In this document: one piece after another, positions 1 to 11,003 of the stretch
Layout of the letters: every line of letters starts with the position of its first letter
Position numbering within the stretch: the stretch's first letter is position 1
DNA from: Atractiella rhizophila
Lineage: Eukaryota
Length of the DNA: 40,803 nucleotides
NCBI GenBank assembly: GCA_021432655.1
Contig: MU271597.1
Location: 1-40,803, forward strand
Direction: 5' to 3'
Notes under the pieces: generated by a model
What the model saw: only the letters and a program-made list of their open reading frames with translations
The model's database searches: none
What the model was told of the DNA's origin: nothing
Position numbers and translations under genes: made by a program

Positions 1-95
1 ACCCTAACCCTAACCCTAACCCTAACCCTAACCCTAACCCTAACCCTAACCCTAACCCTAACCCTAACCCTAACCCTAACCCTAACCCTAACCCT
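1..95 (+). repeat. Telomeric repeat tract (CCCTAA)n / (TTAGGG)n, chromosome left end
   Basis: About 15.8 perfect ACCCTA units from base 1, with the C-rich strand on +, as expected for a left chromosome end. Confidence 0.98.
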
Positions 96-342
96 TGCCA
101 AAATTGCACTTATCGTTAATAACGTACAGAGAACAGATTTCTAAACTGCTATAACTTAATTTTGCAACTTTGAATGTACTTTTTTTCATTCGACATATAT
201 GCCGAGTATGAACCAAAGCTCTCCAATGAAGCAACGATTTCAATATATAAGTGTTTCAAGATGTCTTAGAGAGGACATTGCCTGTGCCTGCGAGTGTTTA
301 TACGTACATGATATTTTGACTGGATTGTTATTCCTATCTATG

Positions 343-875
343 GCAGGGTTCTACCCTGGTCAACTAAGAGACAACAGTTTTGTAATCATGCTGTTCTTAT
401 TAGGGCAGGGTCGCACCTTGGGTGCCTAGGAGGCAAGGATATAGCCAGGATCCTGTTTGTGACACACGCAGGGTTGTACCCTAGGCAGCGAGGAGCCAAG
501 GATGTAGGTGGGATCCTGTTCCTGATAGCATCAGGGTCGTACCCTGGGTGCCTAAGAGACAAGGATGTAGCCAGGATCTTGTTCCTGACAGAGGTAGGGT
601 TGTACCTTAGGCAGCCAGGAGGCAAGGATTCAGCCTGGATCTCATTCCTGAAAGAGGCAGGGTTGTACCCTAGGCAGCGAGGAGGCAAGGATGTAGGCAG
701 GATCATGTCCTGACATAGGCAGGGTTGTACCCTCGGCCGCGAGGAGACAAGGATTCAGCCAGGATCCAGTTCCTGACATAGGCAGGGTTGTACCCTAGGT
801 GCCTAGGAGGCAAGGATTCAGCCTGGATCTCATTCCTGAAAGAGCCAGGGTTGAACCCTAAAGTACCCTTAGTAG
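343..875. repeat. Subtelomeric ~63-bp minisatellite (about 8.5 units)
   Basis: The motif GCAGGGTTGTACCCT or a variant recurs at 343, 405, 468, 531, 594, 657, 719, 782 and 845 (spacing 62-63 bp). ORF 459..713 shows the matching 21-aa periodicity. Confidence 0.93.
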
Positions 876-1062
876 CATTCTTGCAAGCTCGCATTCTCGC
901 TAGTTGGCCGTCTCGCGGGTTGGCCGTCTCGCGAGTTTGCTCTCTCGCGCTTTTGTTGTCCTAAGAGTTTGCTCTCTCGCACATCTGCTCCCTCGCAACT
1001 ACAGGGGCACTTCGCACGTTGCAACCCATCGCTGAACCAAACTTGACCTCTCACGACTGGAA

Positions 1063-1673
1063 GGCACTTCGCACGTCGCAGCCAGCCAGCGACCCGAAGT
1101 GCCAACTTCGCGACTGGTAGTGAACTTGAGGCCCTCGCGATGAACCTCGCATGTTTGCGCAAGTTCGCTTCGGGGCTGATCCCACCTCGCGAACCATTTT
1201 GGCCGTCCCGTCAGGTTAGTTCCGTCAGTGAGAGCCTCGCAACTGGGCTGACGGGACTCACCCTGGCCCTGACCCTAACTCCGTTCCCCAGCCAAATTTG
1301 ACTGACGGAACAGTTCCGTCGCGAAGGAATAGTAGTAGGCACTTCGCACGTTGCAGCCAGCCAGCGACCCGAAGTGCCCACTTCGCAACTGGTAGCGAAC
1401 TTGGCGCCCTCGCGATGAACCTTGCATGTTTGAGCTTCACGTCGGGGCTGATCCGCACCTCGCGAGACAATTTGGCCGTCGCGTCAGAGCTGACGGGACT
1501 CAACGGTGCGTTCCGTCCCGTCAGGTTAGTTCCGTCAGTCAGAGCCTCGCAACTGGGATGACGGGACTCACCATGGCCCTGACCCTAACTCTGTTCCCCA
1601 GCCAAATTTGACTGACAGAACAGTTCCGTCACAAAGGAATAGTAGTAGTTCCGTCACGAAGGAATAGTAGTAG
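1063..1673. repeat. Subtelomeric CpG-rich module present as two tandem copies (~275 bp and ~310 bp) plus a short terminal re-duplication
   Basis: GGCACTTCGCACG...GGAATAGTAGTA occurs at 1063-1337 and 1338-1648. The terminal GTTCCGTCACGAAGGAATAGTAGTAG is repeated again up to ~1673. Confidence 0.88.
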
Positions 1674-1767
1674 GTAGGGTTGTACCCTAGGCAGCCAGGA
1701 GGCAAGGATTCAGCCTGGATCTCATTCCTGAAAGAGCCAGGGTTGAACCCTAAAGTACCCTTAGTAG
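1674..1767. repeat. Second, partial copy (~1.5 units) of the 63-bp minisatellite including its distal end
   Basis: GTAGGGTTGTACCCTAGGCAGCC...AAAGTACCCTTAGTAG closely matches 782-875 and the unit at 594. Confidence 0.88.
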
Positions 1768-2187
1768 ATGGCAGATTGTTCATATCTCAGTCCATCCACT
1801 GTTCAGCAGTAAATTTGATGGTTTGTCCGAGGTTTGATGATTGTTCACTCGAGACCCAAAAATTTCGAATTGTGGGATGCAAGGACCTGAGAAATTGTCA
1901 TTCTTTAGCGGGAAGCTGGAAAGGGCCAGTGAGATTGTTACAACACTACACTACGTACTAAACTTGAAAAAAGTCAGGAAGCTGGCGATATCCGGAATTA
2001 CTACCATGTTGCATGTTCTATCTTTAAAATATGGACCATTATGGAAAGAAGATCCTGGTTTGGAAGCACTCAAGGTTTCCCTGAGCCACGATAATGCCAT
2101 CGTCAAATCAATACACAACCGGAATTTTGTCATGTTGGAGTAATGGGTAGTGAGACATACCTACAGTGACATCCTCTTTTCGGTACA

Positions 2188-3907
2188 TCACTCTTCCCCA
2201 CACTCTCTAACCCATGATGCTTCGTTGTGCCCGTTCCGGTTCAGTACATGTTCGTTCACGGTCCTCCTGGCAGTGACGATCTCTTCGACAAGCCATCCGC
2301 CAAAAAACAGATCAACACGCAAATGGTACGGTGTCACTGTCAACTCCTTTTCAGATTGATCCTCTCTCCGATCCCCAAAGAACCAACGAGTAAAATCTGG
2401 GAAGTCAAGTGAGTCCATCACACAATATTCAAGCTGGATCCTATTTATTTCTTTTGCATTTGTTAGAATGCTGAACAGTTTGTAGGGAACGAGGTTAGAA
2501 GTGTCCTCGCCTCCGTCCAGGCAGAGGGATTGGAGATGCGTGAGTTTGTGTAGGTCTAGTGGAGTGGGTAAGACAGAGGTACTTCCATCATCTGAGAAGG
2601 GAGCGAGCTGAAGCTCGAGATGTGCCAGAAGAGGTGGCAGAGAGCTTGAGAAGGATGCAGGGAGCGGACACATTTTGATGAGATGCAAGAGCAGGAGGCT
2701 GCGCGGGAGGAAGAGGGATGGGAGAGGCGGGTAATTTAAAAGGTTCAGCGACCTGAGGGTAGGAGGTAACTGAAGTGGTTCTGATGGCGAGGCGGCAGAG
2801 GAGCAGGCAGAAGGGGAGTCCTCCGCTTCGGTAACGCCGAGCAAACGAAACGCGGCCCTCCCACTCGTCCTTCGGAGAAGGTTTTCTATCTCATCCTTCC
2901 TCCACTTTCTTGAACCCGATTCGAATATAAGGTTCTCTAGAATTCCCAATCCTTCAATTGCGTCGAACAACTTTTTCGTATGCACTTCATTCCAAAATGC
3001 TCGTATCCATACTTGGCGGGCGTTTGGCGAGCCCATGATAAGTTCCCTGGCCACGTCAGCACTCATCATTTTGTCAAGCCTCACTTGCGACCAGAAGCAC
3101 ACCAGAATGTTGTTTCAAGCGAGCATGTTTGACATCCGCTGATTCAGGTTCCCCCCAATAAGGAATTGAAACATGCCTCCAGTGCTGACAGACGGCAGAG
3201 ATTGTTTTGATACTAGGATCTGTTTTGGGATTGGAACCAACCCATAAATCTATGGAAGGGAAGGGACCACCCCACCTGCAGATATTAAAGATGAGGGAGA
3301 GGAGCTCGACTGGCAGATGGGAGATCGGTGACGGACTAATCCCTGGAGTAGGGCAGAGCGAGAGTTGGATGGTGGTGCAACAGTTTGAACGGTAGGGCAA
3401 TTTATCAACGTCAGTGTCTGAGGAAAATGATAAATCCCAATCAAACCCATTGAAAGAGTACACCCCGATTTTGGCGAAGATGGCCTGAGATTGACTTGAC
3501 CGAAGCAAAAGAAACGTCCTAGTAAAGCGGTACTTCTCTGGTGACTGATCGACAGTTGCAAGTTCTTTGACCTCCGCTAGCTCCCCTAAGCTGACGGCAA
3601 TACTTTCCGGGTCGAATCGGATGCAGAGATTTGCAACACCAATATCCTCGACTGCATTTTCGAGCCATCGAGTGAGCGGAAAGGAGTACAATGATGGCAC
3701 CTTGGCGAAGTCATCCGTTTTGAATTGAGGAGAAAACAGAAGAGTAATACGGAGCTTGTGAATTGATGAAGGTAGACGACGTAGGAACGAGGGCAGAATG
3801 GAGAGGTAAGGCGAAGCGGGGAAGAAGTGTGGGCGGATGACCTGGACAATTACACTCTTGTCCAGCTGAGAGTTCTCGTATAGGATAGAACTTTGCTGCT
3901 CCATCAC
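2188..3907 (-). pseudogene. F-box + leucine-rich-repeat-like protein gene, split by a frameshift near 3100
   Basis: ORF 3074..3907 has an F-box signature (ISHLPVELLSLIFNIC...ISAVCQHWRHVS). ORF 2188..3102 has LRR-like segments (LPPTLRSLNL, LAHLELQL, LTHLQSLCLDG). The two frames overlap at TCTGGTGTGCTTCTGG with no normal-sized intron obvious. The 5' end is uncertain. Confidence 0.6.
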
Positions 3908-6009
3908 TTTCAGAGAAAATCATGTTGCAAAGGACCTGTGCTAGGTTTTTCTTTGAAAAACGGTCCAAAAGTAGCCGGCCGCATTGTGGAACTCGGTTGA
4001 ATGCTTGCCTTTACGTTGTTGGCAAACTGGTCGCCGGGAGTTGGGCAAGCCGAAAATGTTCTTCCACTTCGCTTCAATGGGTCAACCTGCTCAACAAAGT
4101 CAACCACTTCAGACCACCATATCTTGCGTCCGCACGTTGATCTGTTGATCTGGATTATGTGCCCTTTGTCCAGTCCCTAACCCTACACAACCGAAGACTT
4201 CCACTTCAAAACTCGAAGTAAAGATGTCCTTCTTAGCTCCACGGCTCCACGCCTACTAGTACCCCACTAACCGGAACCCATTTGCGGCTGCGAACCCTTC
4301 TCCTCTCGGACGCTCCGCTTCGTTCTCCTCAGGCAGTGGTACTCAGGCGGGCACTGGCAGTTCTTTCTTGTCGTCCACCACGCTTGGGCAAGGCGCGTGC
4401 GCCGGATCGCTCTTCTCCTCTGCCATTCCCACCACGACGACGACAACAAGCACCGTCGCAGCTTCTCTTTCGCGCCAACCACTTCCATAGCTAATCTGTC
4501 AACTCAATCACAGCTTTTCCTTCGGTCCATCCGGGATGTGATGGATTTCAAAGCGATCGAAAGGTTGTGGATCAAGACTCTATCAACACTGTCACCTTTA
4601 CTTTCATACTGATTCTCTCCTTGCATTGTACTTTGAGCCGTGCTAGCTTTAGTGGAGCTTTAGTGGAATGTCAACATTCACCACAAAGTATCTTTCCGCA
4701 GTGATTTCCATTTGAACGTATTTCGCCCTCCATGATGTCTAGCATCACTCAGCGAAAATGACAATGCCCCTTTTCATACTTGAGCTGTTGTCACGGGAGG
4801 TTATAATGCGCAAGAATAGACATCACAGAATTGAAGGACAGGGTCAACTACTGTGCCAATACTCAAGCACTGTGGTATTATCCCATGCCTTTATGCATTT
4901 TGTGTCCTGTATCTTCTTATATTCCGCGTTTCGGTACTAAATTGAAACTATTCCACAAGTTGACAGAGGTAACGATAGGCTAGAGCAACAATCTAGCAGA
5001 GAATTAGCAGGTTCCATAGCGAGACCTCCATGATCTTTAGATATCATCTGCTTTATTCGGTGTATCAATAAATGTACATACTCATCCTCCATAGGAACCG
5101 TCAACGTCAACGCTGCTCCAGAAGCTCCCTAAACATCAACTTTCGAACTCTCACCAAAACTCCCAAAGCCTCAGACGCAATCGCAACCTTACGATTCGAC
5201 TCCCCCATCTCGTCCAAGTCTGTTCCTCTCCTTCCTCTCGCGTTTAATCAGCAAGTTCTCTGCTTTTCTAGCCGGTCGTGCCAACTCGGCAAAAACGGGA
5301 GATGATGTGAGAACTCTAGAGTCGCCTAGAGAGATCTTCTTCATGCTGCCCGGAATCCCAGACCAAATCGCGTTCGAATAGATGGGTCCATCACGAGTTA
5401 AATTCTTCAGAAGATACGCATGCTTAAGCTGCATTCTTGATCTGTCCAGGCGACGGGTACTACAATTGAAGCGGAGCAGGCATATGACGGAGCGAGGGTG
5501 CTGTAACAGGCACAGCATTAATAGCAGGGTGCCATTCGCTTTGAAAGCTGAGAGGATGTCAGAGTAATTCCATGACACAATACCGCTTCAGCCAGAGCGG
5601 TATGCCTGTCAAACTCTGAGATGGATGCAGATTCTGAGCTCCTCAACTTGAAGACTCGGATGCCTAGACTCTTCGAAAATCAACATGTTTGTTTATTTGA
5701 TACAAATACTACCTTCACAAAATGGCTTCCAGTTCGTCCCCCTCGAACACAGGCTGGCTCAAATCTAACACTTTTAAGCCGGGAATCGACAGTATGCCAA
5801 CTGTTGACGGTACGGCTGTGGTTGAGCAAGTGAGATGGCTACTTGGAATTCTCTTTTTGCACAAAATAGCTTGGTTGAAGGGAACTTACATTTTGGATGG
5901 GTCAGGAGGGGCATTGAAATTTCGCAAATAGGTTAAATTGTGTTCATAGATGTAAATTGCTCGGGAAATGACACAAGACCATTGGCTTTCCTTCACAATG
6001 CCACCACCT

Positions 6010-8254
6010 TCACCCTTTCGCCTTTTTAGAAGCTTGACTAGATGGCAACTCCTTACCCCTTCTCTTTCGCTTTCTCTGGCCAGGACGTCTAACCTCGTTC
6101 TCTTGAGCCATATCCTTCTCGTCTCCCCAGTCCCCCGATCCAAAGAAGCTGCTCAACAACTCGCGCAAGCCATCGTGGGTTGCCATTTGACCTTTTAATC
6201 TCTTTTCCTCTAACGCTGCCCGGGCTTCCAGTTCCTCCTCTGCGAGTTGCTCAGTTCCTTGTTTTAATTTTATGTCGCTCCTGATCAAACGAGTCTCTGC
6301 TCTGTTCAATCCAAGTACGGACTGTCTTAAAGCCGTCATCACTTCCTCCAGGAGCTCCACGAACGCTGGCGCAGTGGTGAGCTTGAGGCTATCAACAGTC
6401 CTCTGTGATCCGATCGTGACCTTTCTTGCCTCGACTGATGCGGCAAGGTCATCGAGCGGCACTCTATCAAAGGTAGAGAGGAATCGTCCCCGTTCATCCG
6501 GGGTCATGCTGCTAGGGGCATACGAGGCAGAGATCCAGAAGAGGACATAGACCATCGACTCCATATCGTCCCGCACTTCATGTTCTACATGTGAATCTTT
6601 CAACATGCTATCGAGCAGGCGCAACGACATAAATTCTTCGGTTCCCTATCCAATCATCAGACACATTCACATCAAACAGCAAGCTTACAGTTCGCTCGTT
6701 CGCCTCAGATGTATCGCTTCCCACCTTGGCCAGCTCCCAATCACATAGGAACCCATCTCCATTGTCGTCGAAAAGGATATTGCCCTCCGATATGTCTCGA
6801 TGAAGGATCGAAAAGTCGCCATTGATAGATTTGAATGCTTTCTCGTGAGCTGCACACATCCACATTGATCGGAATTTTAGTGTCAAAGATAATGACATAC
6901 CTTCCAGAGCGTGGAGAAGGATCTGAACCAAGCATTTCGTGGATGGGAACTCCCACAGCGGACGGACGACCTTGTCCAAAACCAATCGATAGTGACGGAG
7001 AGATTTCTCCCCTGTAGATGCGAGTTGCAGCATTCCAGGGACATCACCATGAGCGACGGGTTTCAGAACATGAGGTACTCCTTTCGCTTTTAACAGCTCG
7101 TAAATTTCCCCTTCCGCCTTAGGGTATCCCACATTACGCCACGTATCTTTCAAGAAAACTCGCTGTTCTTCGTCAGTGTCTCCATTTGGATCAAATGCTC
7201 GAAAGCATCTCGTGCCACGACCGACTGGGACGTTATGCCGGTATGTAAACGGGGTCGAAACGTAGAAGTGTCGAGTTTCCGCATCGGTCATACCGACTGA
7301 TACCCTGAAGAGCGGTTCATTCGCGCTAAGCTTCAGAACCTCCCGAGCACGATGAGATAGTTGATTGTCTTGTGCTAAGACAAAGGTCGGATCATGACCA
7401 CGGTCGTCTCGGCTGGCGTTCGTATATCTCCAGAAGAACTCTTGAAGGTAGGGATCCTTCGAGTAATCGAAAGACCGCGTAACTTGAAACCCAGTCCGTG
7501 AGTGGCAGATCAATCGCGCGTTGTGACCTCGCACGTAAAACGAGAAAACACGAGTTCGTTGCTGAGTCGATAGAACCATCGTGCTGTAGATAATGATCTG
7601 GCCTCGTGTCTTCTGTCCTGTCAAGCTTTCCGTCTCTACGATGCCTTCGGCGCCGGTTCCCAGGTCGACTGTGTCTTCGAAAGGATCGCATTCCTTTTTG
7701 ACTTTGAATTCCCCAAACAATTCTGCCCTTGCCATGTCGGCCTTGTAACCTTTGGTACCCTCACTCTGCTCGAGTTCAGATGACGGATCGTAAAGAGTGA
7801 CATCGGGTTTACCACGATCAGATCCAAACACTGGCGCAAAGCACCGGCCATCGTTGGACTGGCTAGTGTTCGCTAGTTTCCAATCCCCCACGAATGAAGA
7901 CATATAGTCGATCTAAGAAGAATGTACATAAATACTAAGCCATCACAACGAAAGAGCACTCACAAAAGGGTTATAATGCTCGAAATTCTCATGGTCGGAG
8001 AGGGTTGGAGGGACTGTTTGTTCTGGCATGACAGGACCAGGGGGCAGCAAGTCCAGGAACGCCTCGACATCCACGTAGACGAAGCGTCCCTTCATTTCTC
8101 GAGCGGCAGAAAATTTGGCTTCATCCGCCCCGTCACTCTGCGAAGCTTGACTGTGAAAGCTAGAGCGACTGGTGGTACGTCGGGGCGTTACTTTTAGTTG
8201 ATTTGAACTAGGCGCTAGACTCGATTGTGGAGGAGTCGGAGCTCGAGAGCTCAT
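6010..8254 (-). CDS. Fungal-type protein kinase (FunK1 / Pkinase_fungal) with an N-terminal REase-like region; apparently intact, 4 exons
   Basis: Exons 8254-7964, 7912-6901, 6849-6689 and 6645-6010, with GT-AG introns of 51, 51 and 43 nt. Motifs: GRGT, FLKDTW, HRDISEGNIL, DWELAK, GTEEFMS, HEVRDDMES. Upstream KPD...GEFK. Confidence 0.9.
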
Positions 8255-8662
8255 TGTTGTGAATAATGTGGTAGGAGGACAAAACTGATGACAACCAAAT
8301 CTCATCAAAACCCTTCACTCCCTCTTCCCTTCGGACTGGATGACTACCTACAAGTGTTCGGGAACAATGAAGACTCGCTTGATGGCTTGGGCCCACTTCC
8401 CTGCTGTCGGGTACTGTCAAAGCTCGTTATGGTTCGCAAGGGTGACCGAAAGCAGTGACGGTGGTACAAAGAACGAAATATCGATGCAGTATTGATGCTC
8501 TTGAAGAAGAGAGCTGGGTAGGAACAAAGGAACAAAGCAGGGAACAAAGGATGTCGCATCCGACCACTATAAACCATTCTGTAGTTTCAGCGTAGTTACT
8601 TAGTGACAGAGTCAAGAAGGTTGGTGTTGAAGCAAAAAGGGGAGAAGTGGGAACTCAGGTTA

Positions 8663-8723
8663 GGGGTAGAACCGGACTGGGGTAGAACTGGTCGGGGTAG
8701 AAGTCGATACGGGTAGAACTGGG
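8663..8723. repeat. Four spaced copies of (G)GGGTAGAA
   Basis: GGGGTAGAA at 8663, 8679 and 8694, and GGGTAGAA at 8711; period ~15-16 bp. Confidence 0.75.
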
Positions 8724-9904
8724 AATAACACTATGTAAGAGTCCGGGTACACCATCACTACGCTGCTCGCTGCTCGCCCAACCCCGCTTGCCTCTCGCTC
8801 TCACCCTCTCTGGCTCCTTTTATTCACCCACTCTGTATGTACCATCACCCCTCCGATTTTCAAACTGCACAGACCTCAAACAAAATGAGAAATATGAATT
8901 GCGAGGCTTGTGTATCTCATCTTATCCATAGAAAGTGTTCGTGCTTTGTTTGAGAATATGGGAGATCTGGACTGGCACGCCTCCTTTTTTCATGATTGGT
9001 TTTGTCACGAAGCCGATTTTCAGTTCTGCTCTGATGCTCAGTTCTACCTTATTCTGAGTTCAACCCAGTTCTCAATTCTACCTTTTGTCGTGCACCTCGG
9101 TTAGAAAAGTCCTCAAAAATGAAGCGCACCATGAACGGGCTCCCAACCCATTTAACCGAACTCGTTCGCTCAAAACTGTTTTGCACTTGGGCTAGTTTTA
9201 ACAACTCCAACTCCTTGGGCGACAGTCTGCTGTAATGGTAGGAAAAACAAGGTTTACAGAAGAAGTCGGAACTTACCAGGCCCTGAGACAAGAGGATGGT
9301 CAAGGAGGCGAGTGGAAGTCAGCACGGTGACAGCCTAGACTGCTGTACTCCGTTAGTGTCCCTAAGCTCCAAACTCACGCACTGACCATGGGAACACAGG
9401 AGGAGTGTCCTCTCGCCCTAGATTCCCAACCTCGCCAGCCGCACTGTCCTTCCTCTGCTCCTTGTTGTAGCGTAACTCTGTGCACCGTCGCACCGCGTTC
9501 ACAACATGCTCGTTCTGGAGGCGCCACCGTCCTTCCGCCAACCTCCTAACCTTCCCGCCTTCCGTCATCATTCCTCGTCACTTCCGCCCCTTCTTCGACC
9601 TTCTCTCGACCTTCTTTCGACCTCCTCCACCGATTTCTAACCTCCGAGCGACCTGCCCATCCTCTCTTCTCCCCGCTCCAACACTCTCTAGCGTCGGAGA
9701 GTGGATGGAGGTGAGTATGACGCTATCTTCGTTTCTCGTCAGGCGTTTTTCAGCGCTTTTGGTCTACGCTATCGTTGATAAACGATTATGAGAGCTTGAT
9801 CGATAGTCAGCTTGGTGTGAATCCATCTCCAAGGCTAGTCAGCGCAAGTGGCCAGACAGTAGCTCGAGGTACAGTAACTTTGAAGGTTTACAAAAGACAA
9901 AGAT

Positions 9905-11003
9905 TCAAATTTCTAAAATTTCATTGAACAAGCTACATGGCTCACCTCTTGGCAATTCTGCGCAATATTCATGAAGCACGCCCATTGTTCTTGTATCGAC
10001 TTTAGCCCTTTTAGAGACATCAGAGGAGGATGAAACAGAAGAAAGATGGCGGCGGTGAATCTCCTCAGCACAGATAGCAAAGCCTTCAATCGGTTGTTTG
10101 TATAGCCCCTTCAGATGCTGATTGAGAAGAATAGTATCGCTTGACCATTGAAGATACGACGTCATTTGATTAAGAGCGTCAATAGCGTGTTTCCTTTCTT
10201 AGCCTCCAGAATAGCAACAATTACAGCACTATCAATGGTACTTCTGGGGTGGCATTTGGTCACGATGAAATCTGGAAATAGTCGATCCTCGCGATCAGCT
10301 ACATAGTTGTCACATAAGTAAGAGAGCTCCCTAAGCATGTGGTACAACTCACATGACTGAACAAGGTGCCCCAGTACCTTATCTCTCGAAAGTTTGTCTT
10401 GTTGAACTGTCGTTGTTACTCTCGCTGATCTGCTTTCACTTTACGCCTCTTTCCGCATTTCGTATTGTTGTTCCGTCCGCTCCCGTAGTTTACTTCGCAT
10501 TCTCACCTTACCTGAGGTTCATCTTTTGTCACCATCATTTCTGATGAACCTCAGGTAAGCGCTCCTGTCTCATATAGTCATGTAATATTCATTGATCTTT
10601 TGTCACCATCATTTCTGATGAACCTCAGGTTCAACATGTCTTCTTCCTGGTTCTGGTTGGAATTGGTCACCTGAGAGGTAAACAACGCATTGTGAACTTC
10701 CAGAGACACATCGGCTAACTCCCCATCGTCGCAGTCCTCCTGGCTTCCAAGCAGCCGGCACTGGCCATATTGAGGTCAGGTCATAAAGCCATGCGAGAGC
10801 GGGAAAACAGTGTGAAGGAGACTGGTTATTGGTCCATAAACTTCAGTTTCGAATCGCGGTTGTGCTAGATATTTCTCCCACGCGATCTGAAGGAAATGGC
10901 TGGGTACAGGTACTGGCGTTGGAAAGAGACCGATGCGTCTTCTGAGATATCCACCGCCGCCTGCGACATGTTCAAGCGGGTCATACAAGTCAATCAACCA
11001 CAT
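9905..11003 (-). pseudogene. Stand-alone PD-(D/E)xK (restriction-endonuclease-fold)-like fungal gene, disrupted
   Basis: Fragments ETEVYGPITSLLHTVFPLSHGFMT*PQ (in-frame TGA at 10778-10776) and LFPDFIV...VAILEAKK (PD...ExK pattern). There is a further frame break near 10165. Confidence 0.55.

Noticed and set aside
343..875. CRISPR-like appearance of the regularly spaced repeats
   Set aside because: Whole units are homologous with no unique spacers, the context is eukaryotic, and there are no cas genes.
386..1783. Several short ORFs with 21-aa periodicity in the subtelomeric repeats
   Set aside because: They are by-products of a 63-bp repeat that is open on both strands. A 62-bp unit breaks the frame and no protein family is recognisable.
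1800..2143. Leucine-rich ORF fragments that might be an LRR gene relic
   Set aside because: Too short and without diagnostic motifs.
4175..4186. Interstitial CCCTAACCCTA (similar short matches at ~17801 and ~26965)
   Set aside because: Two units or fewer, which is compatible with chance and is not evidence of telomere healing.
5070..5660. Possible decayed TPR-like coding relic (IEAEQAYDGARVL*QAQH**QGA)
   Set aside because: Multiple stops and only one vague helix pattern; it cannot be supported without a search.
8900..9720. Coding-like minus-strand fragments (e.g. FFCKPCFSYHY)
   Set aside because: I could not build a consistent exon model or recognise a family.
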